From the NCBI GenBank assembly GCA_048940805.1, contig JBHLOF010000006.1, forward strand, positions 3,885 through 67,884: DNA of 64,000 nt, given 5' to 3'. Shown piece after piece: positions 46,993 to 56,675 of this stretch. The position numbers were made by a program, and so were the translations under genes. The notes beneath the pieces were generated by a model that worked only from the letters and a program-made list of their open reading frames with translations, made no database searches and had not been told where the DNA came from. The stretch is from Promethearchaeota archaeon. Its GTDB lineage: Archaea > Asgardarchaeota > Lokiarchaeia > Sigyniarchaeales > SOKP01. How positions within the stretch are numbered: position 1 is the first letter of the stretch; each line of letters begins with the position of its first letter.

Positions 46993-47619
46993 TTATATTA
47001 GATGTTTTTGAATTGTCTTTTTCAACTCTTTTAAATTTTCCTTTTTTAGGGCTGAAAATTCTAAGTAGGGAACTTTTAGCTTATTCCTATTTTTATAATC
47101 ATGTAATTGGATTAAATTAATACCGAAATTTTTAGCAGATTTTATAAATTTCTGAATTATTCTTTCTTTATCGAAAATGGTAAGTTTATCAATTTTATTT
47201 ATAATAATTAATAAAGGGATTTCGAATTCATTTAAAAACTGAATTAGTTCAAAACTTAAAGGAATAGTGGATTTATTTATTATGAAATATCTATCAAGCT
47301 CATCTTCAATTCTTAACACGTTAATTACTACAAGCCCTAGAAAATAATTATCATGATACTTTTCGACATGAACTACTATTTGTTTTCTGATATGTTCTCC
47401 TCTTCGTCGACTAGTATGACGCGTATATCCAAATCCTGGAAGATCTATGATCTTATATGGTAAGTTTGGTAAATCTATGGGTTTGAATAATAAAGTACTC
47501 CCTGGATGTTTTCCAATTTTACCTTTAAATAACCTAGGGTTTGGTAATAACAGTCTAGTAATTGAACTTTTCCCAACGTTAGAATTACCGATAATTAATA
47601 AAGAAGGTTTATCATACAT
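46993..47619 (-). CDS. engB: Ribosome-biogenesis GTPase EngB/YihA family
   Basis: 208 aa. G1 GNSNVGKSS, PGST, G3 DLPGFGY, G4 NKIDKL. Confidence 0.8.
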   Translation of the reverse strand: MYDKPSLLIIGNSNVGKSSITRLLLPNPRLFKGKIGKHPGSTLLFKPIDLPNLPYKIIDLPGFGYTRHTSRRRGEHIRKQIVVHVEKYHDNYFLGLVVINVLRIEDELDRYFIINKSTIPLSFELIQFLNEFEIPLLIIINKIDKLTIFDKERIIQKFIKSAKNFGINLIQLHDYKNRNKLKVPYLEFSALKKENLKELKKTIQKHLI

Positions 47620-47633
47620 TTTAGTCCCTTAAT

Positions 47634-48518
47634 TCAGATGTCTAGAAAATCTTCATTAAGAAAATCTTTAAACATTTTCTTCTTTTCTTCCTCTTTAATA
47701 ATTGGACGTGTGCTTATTGGTTCCCCTGATACCTCTAATAGTTCTTTTAAATTCTCAATATTAATATTGATTTTAAATTTCCCGTCTTTCAAAAATCGTA
47801 CAACTTGTTTATTATTAAGATTCAATCTTAAAATATACCCTAATCCAAAATAAAACTGATGTTCTGGGATTGGATCGATTGGAGATTTGCTAGTTATTTC
47901 CTTTAAAGCATCATACAATAAGCTTTTTGAGGCTGTGTGATCTTCCACATTGAAGACCATATAATAAAGAGCATGATACCATATTTTTTCACGCTTGTTT
48001 TTAATATACTCCAGAAACCTTTCAGGAGTAATGATTTCTTTCTCAACCTCTTTACGTTTCAACAATTCTTGTTTTATTCTATCTTCTAATTCTCTTGAAA
48101 CCTTCTGTACTGGCTGAATCTGGTTTTCTTCCTCAGACATTCCTTGCAATTCTTCTTGTTTCACAGTGGAGATTGCTTCTTGCATATCTCTTAACTCATC
48201 AAAATCAATTTCGTCGAGGTCTGAAAAATCTGTAATCATCGCTTCTTTAAGATCTTTTTCCTCTATTCTGGCACTAATTAATTCTTTATTCAGTGTTTCT
48301 TCATTAGTTACCTCAATCCCAGATAATTCTTCACTTTCCTTAACTTGACTGATAGCATCTTGAATCTCTTGAAGTTCCTCCATATCTAAATCCTCTAAAT
48401 CGGAAAAATCTGTCTCGAGGGCCTTCATTTCTTCAAAATAAATTTTAAGGTCATCTTCTTCAAATTCATCTCTTTCCTCTAGCTTTTCTTCAGTGTTATC
48501 TTGATGATTGTTGTTCAT
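47634..48518 (-). CDS. Hypothetical protein: acidic N-terminal region with duplicated DFSDL motif module plus a globular C-terminal domain
   Basis: 294 aa. Two copies of TDFSDL(E/D)..D..EL...Q.AIS.VK.EEL spaced 60 aa apart. A 14-nt gap separates it from engB downstream. Confidence 0.5.
   Translation of the reverse strand: MNNNHQDNTEEKLEERDEFEEDDLKIYFEEMKALETDFSDLEDLDMEELQEIQDAISQVKESEELSGIEVTNEETLNKELISARIEEKDLKEAMITDFSDLDEIDFDELRDMQEAISTVKQEELQGMSEEENQIQPVQKVSRELEDRIKQELLKRKEVEKEIITPERFLEYIKNKREKIWYHALYYMVFNVEDHTASKSLLYDALKEITSKSPIDPIPEHQFYFGLGYILRLNLNNKQVVRFLKDGKFKININIENLKELLEVSGEPISTRPIIKEEEKKKMFKDFLNEDFLDI
48147..48248 (-). repeat. Intragenic repeat unit 2 (KEAMITDFSDLDEIDFDELRDMQEAISTVKQEEL)
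   Basis: Direct comparison of the translated sequence with unit 1 (48324-48428). Confidence 0.7.
48324..48428 (-). repeat. Intragenic repeat unit 1 (MKALETDFSDLEDLDMEELQEIQDAISQVKESEEL)
   Basis: Direct comparison of the translated sequence with unit 2 (48147-48248). Confidence 0.7.
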
Positions 48519-48640
48519 GGTTTATTTAGTCAAGATGATTTCGAACAATTTTTGGTATAATAATTATAATAGTGCTTTAGTTCTATAAATATTGAGGAAT
48601 CGTATAATTAAAATTAGTCATAATATTTATTCACTTTAGT

Positions 48641-49354
48641 ATGGAAAAAATAAATATAGAAAAGTATAAGGGGATAATCTTCGATCTTGATGGTGTTATT
48701 TATGACATTATTGAAGCTATTAAAAAAGCAGTTGATGATGGTATAGAGAAATATCAATTATCCATTAATCGCGATGAAGTAATGGAAGAAATTGCGCAAT
48801 TAATTGAAGAAATTCAAAATTATCCTGTTCCAAAAATATTATTAAACGCATATGACTTGTTAAAGGTGCAATTTTTAGAGGGTATGAGTTTCTTTAAAAA
48901 GATGCGTATTGCGATTTTCTTATTTAATCAATTTAACAAATATAAAGATGAAGAATCAAAGATTTTTAAAGGTATTGATCAATTGATTTTAAATTTATAC
49001 AATAAAAACTTGAATTTAGCCATCTTAACTAATAACAAAAGCACTTATGCTGAAGATGTGTTAGAGAAGTTTAGCCTTTCTAAATATTTTAACACAATTG
49101 TTGGTTTTAATGATGTTTCTGAAGTTAAACCTAATCCGGAGGGTATATTAAAAATTCTCAATAAATGGGGTATAAAACCTTCGGAAGCAATTTTTATTGG
49201 AGATATGACAACGGATATTGAGGCAGGAAAATCTGCGAATGTGAAAATGGTTTGCGTTGCTTCTGGTCTTGCCCAAAAAGATAATTTGATGCAACATCAA
49301 CCTGATATTTTGGTAAACGATACCACTGAATTAGTAAATCTATTTGGTTTTTAA
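48641..49354 (+). CDS. HAD-IA hydrolase (phosphoglycolate phosphatase-like)
   Basis: 237 aa. IIFDLDGVIYD (motif I), ILTNNKS (motif II), GDMTTDIEAGKSAN (motif IV). Confidence 0.8.
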   Translation: MEKINIEKYKGIIFDLDGVIYDIIEAIKKAVDDGIEKYQLSINRDEVMEEIAQLIEEIQNYPVPKILLNAYDLLKVQFLEGMSFFKKMRIAIFLFNQFNKYKDEESKIFKGIDQLILNLYNKNLNLAILTNNKSTYAEDVLEKFSLSKYFNTIVGFNDVSEVKPNPEGILKILNKWGIKPSEAIFIGDMTTDIEAGKSANVKMVCVASGLAQKDNLMQHQPDILVNDTTELVNLFGF

Positions 49355-49482
49355 TTTAAGGTCTAATGAATACTATTATTAAATAGATTGAAATACAATT
49401 CGATCATTTAAGCATAGTAAAAATTTAAAATAACTTATTTTTACTATCTAAGAAATAGAATTAATTTTTTTGGTAGATTCAT

Positions 49483-50028
49483 TTGAGTTTTAAATTTAAA
49501 ATTGTGGTTGTAGGCGACGCTGCTGTTGGAAAGACTTCGTTAATTAAAAGATACACCACAAATACATTTCAAAAAGATTACATATCAACTTTAGGTATGC
49601 AGTTTTCAAAATTTGAAGAACAGATTGAAGGGGAAAATGTTGAATTATTGTTATGGGATTTAGCAGGGCAAGAATCTTTTAGTACTCTACGTGATAGGTT
49701 TTATACAGGAAGTAGTGGCGCTATTGTTGTTTTTTCACTTTCCCCCGAAGAACTTGAAACTTACAATCATCTACCGAAATGGATCTCAGATGTTAGAGAA
49801 ACATGTGGGAGTATTCCAGTTATATTATTTGGAAATAAAGCGGATTTGGTTGATCAAAATGCGTTAATGACAAGTCTAGATTATGCAACATCAGATATCC
49901 ATGTAAAAAAATTTGCTCAAGATCAGAGAATTATTGATTATTATAAAACAAGTGCATTAACCGGTCAGGATGTAAAAAAAGGGTTTCAAACATTAATATT
50001 TAGATTGTATCAAAGAGCTACGATATAA
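49483..50028 (+). CDS. Ras-superfamily small GTPase (Rab-like), copy 1 of a tandem pair
   Basis: 181 aa with a TTG start. G1 GDAAVGKTS, G2 ISTLG, G3 WDLAGQE, G4 GNKADL, G5 TSAL. There is no C-terminal Cys prenylation motif. Confidence 0.85.
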   Translation: MSFKFKIVVVGDAAVGKTSLIKRYTTNTFQKDYISTLGMQFSKFEEQIEGENVELLLWDLAGQESFSTLRDRFYTGSSGAIVVFSLSPEELETYNHLPKWISDVRETCGSIPVILFGNKADLVDQNALMTSLDYATSDIHVKKFAQDQRIIDYYKTSALTGQDVKKGFQTLIFRLYQRATI

Positions 50029-50189
50029 TTTTAAGTCGATTGCTTGATTTTGTAATTTTTTTTAAATATTAGGATAACACCATCTTTTATTTTCCCTTAT
50101 TCGATATATAATATCAAATTTTTTAAGATTAGTTTTTATAAAAATTTAAAAAAATGTAGTTTTACTATTTAAGAAGGTGAGAATGAAAG

Positions 50190-50788
50190 ATGAGTAATGA
50201 AAAAGGCTACGGCTTCAAAATCACAGATCTAATGAATAATTTCTTTAGAGTGAATTTATTGGAGACGGGGCTGTTGGTAAAACCTCATTAATAAGGAAGT
50301 ACACTCAAGGTTCCTTCCAGAAAGAATATATTTCTACACTCGGTACCCAATTTTCCAAATATGAAGAAGTTATTGATGGTGATAAGGTTGAGTTGTACCT
50401 TTGGGATATTGCAGGTCAAGATTCTTTCCAAGCACTTCGTCAAAGATTCTATATTGGAAGTAGTGGTGCTATAATTGTTTTTTCTCACTCCCCTAATCAA
50501 TCTCAGACCTATGAACATGTTCCTAGATGGCTTAGTGATCTTAAAACACATTGTGGGAGTATACCTATTGTTTTATTTGGAAATAAAGTCGATCTAATTG
50601 ATAATAGAGAATTAGGTTCAAATCCTAGCCTTCCTACATCAGATAGCAATGTAGAAAGCTATGCAAAAGAAAATAGATTTGTTGGATATTATAAAACAAG
50701 TGCTTTGACAGGACAAGGTGTTACTGATGCATTTAAAGCTCTTGTCAAAAAACTGTACATGATCACAAAGATCAGTAGCTTCTTATAA
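50190..50788 (+). pseudogene. Rab-like small GTPase, copy 2, reading frame broken just before the P-loop (pseudogene or 1-nt assembly indel)
   Basis: ATG 50190 opens MSNEKGYGFKITDLMNNFFRVNLL, then runs out of frame. GDGAVGKTSLIRKY...WDIAGQD...GNKVDL...TSAL continues in the -1 frame from 50261 to 50788. One extra G at the GG run 50261-50262 would restore a 199-aa GTPase. Confidence 0.65.
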
Positions 50789-50821
50789 TGATCAAGAAGA
50801 AGGCTAAAAATATTAAAAAAA

Positions 50822-53074
50822 TTAAGTCCGTTTATATATAAATCGTTCCCAGCTCTTTTTATTTGGCAATTCCAACGGCAGGTTTTTACGTTTACGGATT
50901 TCCATAATCAAGTCCTCTTCTAAAGAAGCTGGAACTTTATCAAAACCTAAAAATTCATAACCAAAAAAAGCTCTTCCTTGTGTTGCTCCCCTAATATCAT
51001 CAGCTATTCCTATAGTTTCTTTTACGGGAATTTGACCTTGAACTCTAACATATTCACCCTCAGGAATTACATTAGTAATTCTCCCACGACGTTTTGAAAC
51101 TATTGCAGTTACCCCTCCTTCTGTACCTTGAGGTGTCTTTATATCGATTCTCTGAATTGGCTCGAATAAATGAGGATCTGCTTCTAACATTGCTAATGAT
51201 AAAGCGGAAGTTGCCATTCCTGCGATTTGACCATATTGTGTATGACGTGGATCTTCATGTATCACCATGTCAAGAAAGACTGCTTTAATTCCCGTTGCAG
51301 GTTCTTTTGCCATAATACAGTTACCAAGCCAATCTCTAAAAGAAGCACTTAAATAAGATCTAACTCTGTCAAATCTCTGTAATCCTGATGTGCCGTTAAC
51401 TAGTAGACTTCCCTGATATACATCAACTATTCTTCTAGCTTCTTTTGCATCCCAACCTGCCTCCTCTCTTAGTATCTGGGCTCTATCTTTTTCACTCTGC
51501 AAATCATTAATTTTCCCTGATTCAATTAATTTTTCTGTAGTGTCATCCAGAGGTTCAATGTATAAGAGAATACGATTATGAGTATTCGCAGATTTCGTGT
51601 GAAATTCCCGACTCCTTTTCGTAATTTTTTCTCTGTAAATGGTGATTGGTTCCCCTATGATAATTTCCACTTGATTGTTAATTCTCTTAGTTAAGATTTC
51701 AATTTGAAGTGGATCAATCCCTGAAAGAATAAATTCACCAGATTCTTCATCTCTACGATATTTCGCTTCAGGGTTGGCTTTAAGCCATTTTCCAACTACT
51801 TCATCTAATTTATCAATTTCATGGGGATCCCTAGGTTTAATACTCCGTGATACAACAGCTTCACAGGCATATTGGATTTTTTCGAAGGGATGTAGCTTTT
51901 GCCTTTCTTCTTTTTCCTTGGGTATGGCGTTCGTTAACATAAATGTTTCACCCGCAGGGCAAACAAATCCATATAATGCAAACAGATTTCCTGCTGGAAT
52001 TTTAGGAATGTCCAGAATATCCGTTATTTCCATAACCCCAAGTCTTTTTACACGATTACTTGAACCACTGTTGATTAAGTAAATTGAATCAGTTTGATCA
52101 AACGTACCTGAAAAAACACGACCAATGAGAGTAGCTTGGTAGTTTCTTTTAGGATCGAGAAAGATTTTTGTAATCATTCCAAAAAGAGGACCGTTTGGGT
52201 CGCTTTTCTTTAATGATTGGCCTAATTTGGATGTTATATCTCCCTCCCATATATGTGGAATTCTATATTCAGCAGCTTCGATCGGATTAGGAAGATGATC
52301 CACTATCATCCTTAACATCGGTTCATCTAAAGGTAGATTATCTCTTAACCATTGGATATCCCCTTCATTATATTTTGCAAAGACATCTTGTGGTTTCAAC
52401 CCTTTTTCAAGTAAAATCTCATATGTAAAACCCCACCCATGTTTAGCAGAACCAACTGCAACAGAGTTTTTGGCAAAATCTACAGACCAACCTGAACCTT
52501 CGGGTCGAATCTTTCTAATTAAGTCGTTTACTTCTCGAGTGATTTTATCTATTTTGGCAAAGGTATCTTGAGGGCTTAGTTTTAATTCACTAATCAATCT
52601 GTCAACTTTATTTATGAATAAAACGGGTTTACATAATTCTTCTCCAACCGATAACCGTATATTGGTTTCTGTTTGAGTCATGACACCTTCAAGCGCATCT
52701 ACAAGAATAATAGCTCCATCACTACCTCTTAGGGCTCGAGATACTTCTCCAGTAAAACTAATATGACCCGGAGTATCATTCAGTTGAATAATATAAGGTT
52801 CGGTGTCATCTGGCTTTCTAGGGTCGTTAAACGCGAGCAGAACTACACTTGTAAAAATGGTTATGCCTCTTTCTTGTTCTTCATCATCTGAGTCAGTCAT
52901 TTGAAGTTGACCGGCATCTTCGGGTCGCATTAACCCAGCACGTCTTAAAAGGTAATCAGTAGCTGTTGTTTTACCATGATCTATGTGAGCAGTAATTGAA
53001 AATATTCGCTTTTTATCATATGATCCAGAAGTCACAAGATGAGCAATTTCCTCGGGGTTTTTAACTTTTACCAT
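50822..53074 (-). CDS. Elongation factor 2 family GTPase (aEF-2 or EF-2 paralog) with non-canonical diphthamide loop
   Basis: 750 aa. G domain AHIDHGKTT, DTPGH, NKVDRL and five-domain length. The domain IV tip reads IHEDPRHTQYGQ instead of the canonical H-x-D-x-x-H-R-G-x-x-Q. Confidence 0.85.
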   Translation of the reverse strand: MVKVKNPEEIAHLVTSGSYDKKRIFSITAHIDHGKTTATDYLLRRAGLMRPEDAGQLQMTDSDDEEQERGITIFTSVVLLAFNDPRKPDDTEPYIIQLNDTPGHISFTGEVSRALRGSDGAIILVDALEGVMTQTETNIRLSVGEELCKPVLFINKVDRLISELKLSPQDTFAKIDKITREVNDLIRKIRPEGSGWSVDFAKNSVAVGSAKHGWGFTYEILLEKGLKPQDVFAKYNEGDIQWLRDNLPLDEPMLRMIVDHLPNPIEAAEYRIPHIWEGDITSKLGQSLKKSDPNGPLFGMITKIFLDPKRNYQATLIGRVFSGTFDQTDSIYLINSGSSNRVKRLGVMEITDILDIPKIPAGNLFALYGFVCPAGETFMLTNAIPKEKEERQKLHPFEKIQYACEAVVSRSIKPRDPHEIDKLDEVVGKWLKANPEAKYRRDEESGEFILSGIDPLQIEILTKRINNQVEIIIGEPITIYREKITKRSREFHTKSANTHNRILLYIEPLDDTTEKLIESGKINDLQSEKDRAQILREEAGWDAKEARRIVDVYQGSLLVNGTSGLQRFDRVRSYLSASFRDWLGNCIMAKEPATGIKAVFLDMVIHEDPRHTQYGQIAGMATSALSLAMLEADPHLFEPIQRIDIKTPQGTEGGVTAIVSKRRGRITNVIPEGEYVRVQGQIPVKETIGIADDIRGATQGRAFFGYEFLGFDKVPASLEEDLIMEIRKRKNLPLELPNKKSWERFIYKRT

Positions 53075-53319
53075 TTAAATTTCACTTTATTAGTATTTCA
53101 AAGTTCTTATTGAAGAAAAGAATATGTAAAATCATAAAAATTTTATGAATTTAGGCTATAATTTCTTGTTTTCAAAGTTATCCTCAATTTTTGCTATGTG
53201 CAAATTTAAAAAAATTACCTCCGTGATTGTGATAATTATTCAAATTGAAAATGTTGCAATTATCATCGCGATATTAAGATATTAATGTTATAATCTTAAT
53301 TCCTGAATTTGATTGAATA

Positions 53320-54801
53320 TTATAAAGAAAAGGGTAGTATCATTCGGGTAAGGATGGTTAAAGCTTTCTTTCCTGATGATGAAATGGTATTAATGGAATT
53401 TGCTATGTTAATGATTTCAAAATTATGGGGAATCTTTTTTCTTAAAATCTTACTTAAAAATAATTGAAAGTTGTTAAATTCTCTTTCAGTTTCAACCCAA
53501 TAATTTCCATTTTTTATGAAGTAGTTAGGATTTTTACTTTTAAATTTATTTGCATGTGATTCCTCTTTAATTGAAGGGCCCTTCCGAATATATGTTTTTG
53601 AGATTTCTGGCTTTTCACAATAAATTGCAAGATTATACTCGTCAATATTATCTTCAAAATATACTTCATAGATTATTGTACCAAATTTATCTGTGTGATT
53701 AAACTCTCTTTCTCCCAAATTTCTAATATATTCGCCAACTGAGTGTAATTTATCTCTGTTTATTGTGTAATGGATAGATTTATCAAGATTCTTCAATTCA
53801 ATGATAAAAACCTTTGATGGGGAGATATCTGAATACTCTTTTATTACCATTTCAGGAACAGGATTAATTTTGAAGTAATCTTTAGTTGGATTTTTCAAAA
53901 AATTGGTAATTCTAAAATTACAGTAATTATAAGCACGTTCTGATATTGCAGAAGCAACATTCCTATTTTTGTCAATAGGGTCAACAATAATAAGAAAATC
54001 GTTTTGGAAATGAACAATCTTTTTTAATTCTTCTCTTTTTCTATTATAATAATCTAAGGGGGTTGTTCTCAATCTATTAAAGTTTTCAAAAAGCTTGGAA
54101 ATGTTATTAAAATAATAAATAAGTAATTCTGCGCTGTATCCAATAAATCCAACTTTACCAAGGGAAGTTCTATCGCCATAACAATGATTAGACTTAAAAA
54201 ACTGTTTTAAAAGCCGTATATCATTTTTTTGATCTTGGTTTAATTTATCTCGTATAAAGCGTCCATGCCAAGGAGATCTATCAACAGCGGTTATAGGCCC
54301 TTTTTCCTGAATCACTTCTAACTCTAAGTCAAAATACAAAACGATATCAATCTTTATTTTCACGTCTTTATGGTGATAATCTATGGTTACGTAGGGGTGT
54401 TCAGCATATAATAGACCTGGATTCTGAAATTCCTTAAAAGTCAAACTTGGGATTATCCAGTTGTTACATAAATCTAAAAAATCCTTTTTAGACTTTTTTT
54501 TTAATTTGTTCTTAGTTAATCCATTATATTTATGCTTATAATTTTTATAATCTAATCCAACAAAGAGATCGATATCATAATCATCTTTTAATTGTGTCTG
54601 TTTGATACCTGTCGAGCCTTGCGGTTCAATCGTAGTATATTGAATTCCTAATTCATTCGCCTTTACTTCTAATAAGTGTTTTAATTTCTTAGAAATTGAG
54701 TTAATTAAATCTATTTCTTTTTGAGTAGGGGTAATTTCTTCTAATACTTTTGAAAAAATTTCGTTAATTATTACCATTAAGCGAATTACATCCCCCACCA
54801 A
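53320..54801 (-). CDS. cca: CCA-adding enzyme (archaeal class I tRNA nucleotidyltransferase)
   Basis: 493 aa. VLEEITPTQKE..., GSTG....DYDIDLFV nucleotidyltransferase motif, and archaeal CCA length. The start is probably the internal Met (about 54777) rather than the one overlapping infB. Confidence 0.8.
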   Translation of the reverse strand: MVGDVIRLMVIINEIFSKVLEEITPTQKEIDLINSISKKLKHLLEVKANELGIQYTTIEPQGSTGIKQTQLKDDYDIDLFVGLDYKNYKHKYNGLTKNKLKKKSKKDFLDLCNNWIIPSLTFKEFQNPGLLYAEHPYVTIDYHHKDVKIKIDIVLYFDLELEVIQEKGPITAVDRSPWHGRFIRDKLNQDQKNDIRLLKQFFKSNHCYGDRTSLGKVGFIGYSAELLIYYFNNISKLFENFNRLRTTPLDYYNRKREELKKIVHFQNDFLIIVDPIDKNRNVASAISERAYNYCNFRITNFLKNPTKDYFKINPVPEMVIKEYSDISPSKVFIIELKNLDKSIHYTINRDKLHSVGEYIRNLGEREFNHTDKFGTIIYEVYFEDNIDEYNLAIYCEKPEISKTYIRKGPSIKEESHANKFKSKNPNYFIKNGNYWVETEREFNNFQLFLSKILRKKIPHNFEIINIANSINTISSSGKKALTILTRMILPFSL

Positions 54802-56591
54802 GGATGATTTGTTTTACGCATTAATGAAATGAATTCTCTTAATACTTGTTTTTGATCTGAGGTTAATTCATCTAGGAATTTTCCCATCAATTGCCTTACA
54901 TGAGATTCTGGAATATTCACATAGAGAGTTTCTTCAGTTCCGATATCTCTTCCTATTTCGATTCCTCGTATAGATATGGCAACTTCCGAATCATTTATAG
55001 CTTTCTCTACAGTTTGACCTTTATCTTGAATTTGGTGTACTCTTTTTACTCTTTTTCCCTCTTCAGTAATTAGAGGTACTTTTGGATATAACGTCCCAGC
55101 TTCGACTCTAACCCCAAAAACGGCAGGATTTGAGTTTCTAAAGATATATTCTGGGAGCATTTTTAGTTTTGCTGGGAGAATTAACTCGCTTAGTCCTTTA
55201 GCAGTGTCTTCTGCTTTTCTGGTATCTGCGTATTCAATATAATCCTCTAATAATCTATAAATTACATTATTAGTAAAAATTCGAATATTATCAATATAAG
55301 CTTGTTCATTCGCTTCAGGAAGAATCGGAACATTAAATCCAAGTACGGTAGCAGAATAAGGATCGAAATCTTTAACAATATTAGCATTAATAATGTCTTC
55401 TTTTTTAATTGGACCTACATCTGCAATACTTATTTTCACTCCACTTTTGGAGAAATGACTCTCTAATGCTTCAAGAGATCCTAGGGTATCTGCTTTTAAG
55501 ACGACACCAGCTTTATCAGTTTTAATCCGAATGCTTTCAACTTCAGATTCAACCTCAGTATACACATCAGATTCTTCAGAAGGATCACCAATTCCCCTAA
55601 AAGGTGAACCTGCTACGACATCATCAATATTTGGTGATAATATTTTGATACCTGCCGCAGCAGCTACAAAATCGACCGAATCAAACTTTTGTCTAGGATC
55701 CCTTATTTCATCTAATGGTTTTGGAGTTAACAACGCCCTTACTTTTGATTTGATTGGTCTTTCTAAACCCCCAACGATAAATTCATCTCCCTTACGAATA
55801 ATACCATCATAAATTAAGACATCCATTGTTTTGCCTTGCCCCTTTTCTTTTTTTACTTCTAATACTACTCCTCTAGCGGGGCCTTCAGAAAACTCCAGAT
55901 TCTCCGTTAGGTATTGCTGCACTAATCCCATTAATATCATCAACAAAGTTGAAATTCCCTCACCAGTCTTCCCACTTGTGGGAACAATAGCTATTTGTTT
56001 GGTAAAATCTTTTATCTTATCGTATCTCTCAATCCCTTTGAATCCTTCTTCCAAAAAGTTTCCCATAATTTCCAAAAGTTTTTCATCCAAGAATTCCTTA
56101 ACATGTGATTTTTGAGTATTATATGTATCTAAAAAATCAGCGTCTTTTTTGGTCTTCCATCCAGAGATTCTATCAATTTTGTTTGCGGCAATTACAAAGG
56201 GTGTTCTTCTATCTCTTAGAATTCTAACCGATTCCCACGTGATTGGCATAGTCCCTGCGGTTACATCAATAACTAAAATTGCGATATCAGCTACTGCACC
56301 TCCACGACGTCTAAGGTTCAAAAAGGCAGCATGTCCTGGTGTATCAATTACTAATATTCCTGGGAGTTTAATTTCTTTTTCTGCAAATTCTTGCTTTGAT
56401 TTTCTTAGAAACTCTTTAATATCTTCGGTAGGAAAATAAGAGGCACCAATGTGTTGTGTGATTCCAGCAGCTTCTCTTTGTTGAACAACAGTACCTCTTA
56501 TATAATCAAGAATAGTTGTTTTACCATGATCAATATGACCTAAAATACATGTTATTGGGGCTCTTATTATCTTTTCATCAGCTTCTACCAT
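54786..56591 (-). CDS. infB: Translation initiation factor aIF5B (IF-2 homologue)
   Basis: 601 aa. RAPITCILGHIDHGKTT, DTPGH, NKID and domain II-IV length typical of aIF5B. Confidence 0.92.
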   Translation of the reverse strand: MVEADEKIIRAPITCILGHIDHGKTTILDYIRGTVVQQREAAGITQHIGASYFPTEDIKEFLRKSKQEFAEKEIKLPGILVIDTPGHAAFLNLRRRGGAVADIAILVIDVTAGTMPITWESVRILRDRRTPFVIAANKIDRISGWKTKKDADFLDTYNTQKSHVKEFLDEKLLEIMGNFLEEGFKGIERYDKIKDFTKQIAIVPTSGKTGEGISTLLMILMGLVQQYLTENLEFSEGPARGVVLEVKKEKGQGKTMDVLIYDGIIRKGDEFIVGGLERPIKSKVRALLTPKPLDEIRDPRQKFDSVDFVAAAAGIKILSPNIDDVVAGSPFRGIGDPSEESDVYTEVESEVESIRIKTDKAGVVLKADTLGSLEALESHFSKSGVKISIADVGPIKKEDIINANIVKDFDPYSATVLGFNVPILPEANEQAYIDNIRIFTNNVIYRLLEDYIEYADTRKAEDTAKGLSELILPAKLKMLPEYIFRNSNPAVFGVRVEAGTLYPKVPLITEEGKRVKRVHQIQDKGQTVEKAINDSEVAISIRGIEIGRDIGTEETLYVNIPESHVRQLMGKFLDELTSDQKQVLREFISLMRKTNHPWWGM

Positions 56592-56675
56592 GAGATACCA
56601 CCAATCTCAATAAGTCATAAAATTAATTTATTACTTACAAGAATATTAAATTATGTTTAAGTTTAGTTATAGAGG

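Noticed and set aside
50223-50262. The frame break in the second Rab-like GTPase considered as a bulge-helix-bulge mini-intron or a programmed -1 frameshift.
   Set aside because: Only a weak 5-bp stem (TCTAA/TTAGA) is present, with no BHB geometry, and there is no X-XXY-YYZ slippery heptamer in the overlap. A single missing G at 50261-50262 restores a perfect P-loop context (RVNLLGDGAVGKT), which is far more parsimonious.
53230-53265. Inverted repeat TGATAATT-N20-AATTATCA upstream of the EF-2 family gene.
   Set aside because: 8-bp AT-only arms in a ~30% GC genome are expected by chance at appreciable frequency. There is no second copy or supporting context.
54786-54801. A 16-nt overlap between the 5' end of cca and the 3' end of infB, considered as possible coupling.
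   Set aside because: It is probably an artefact of taking the longest ORF. An internal Met (MVIINEIFSKVLEEI, about 54777) gives a conventional CCA-enzyme N-terminus without overlap.
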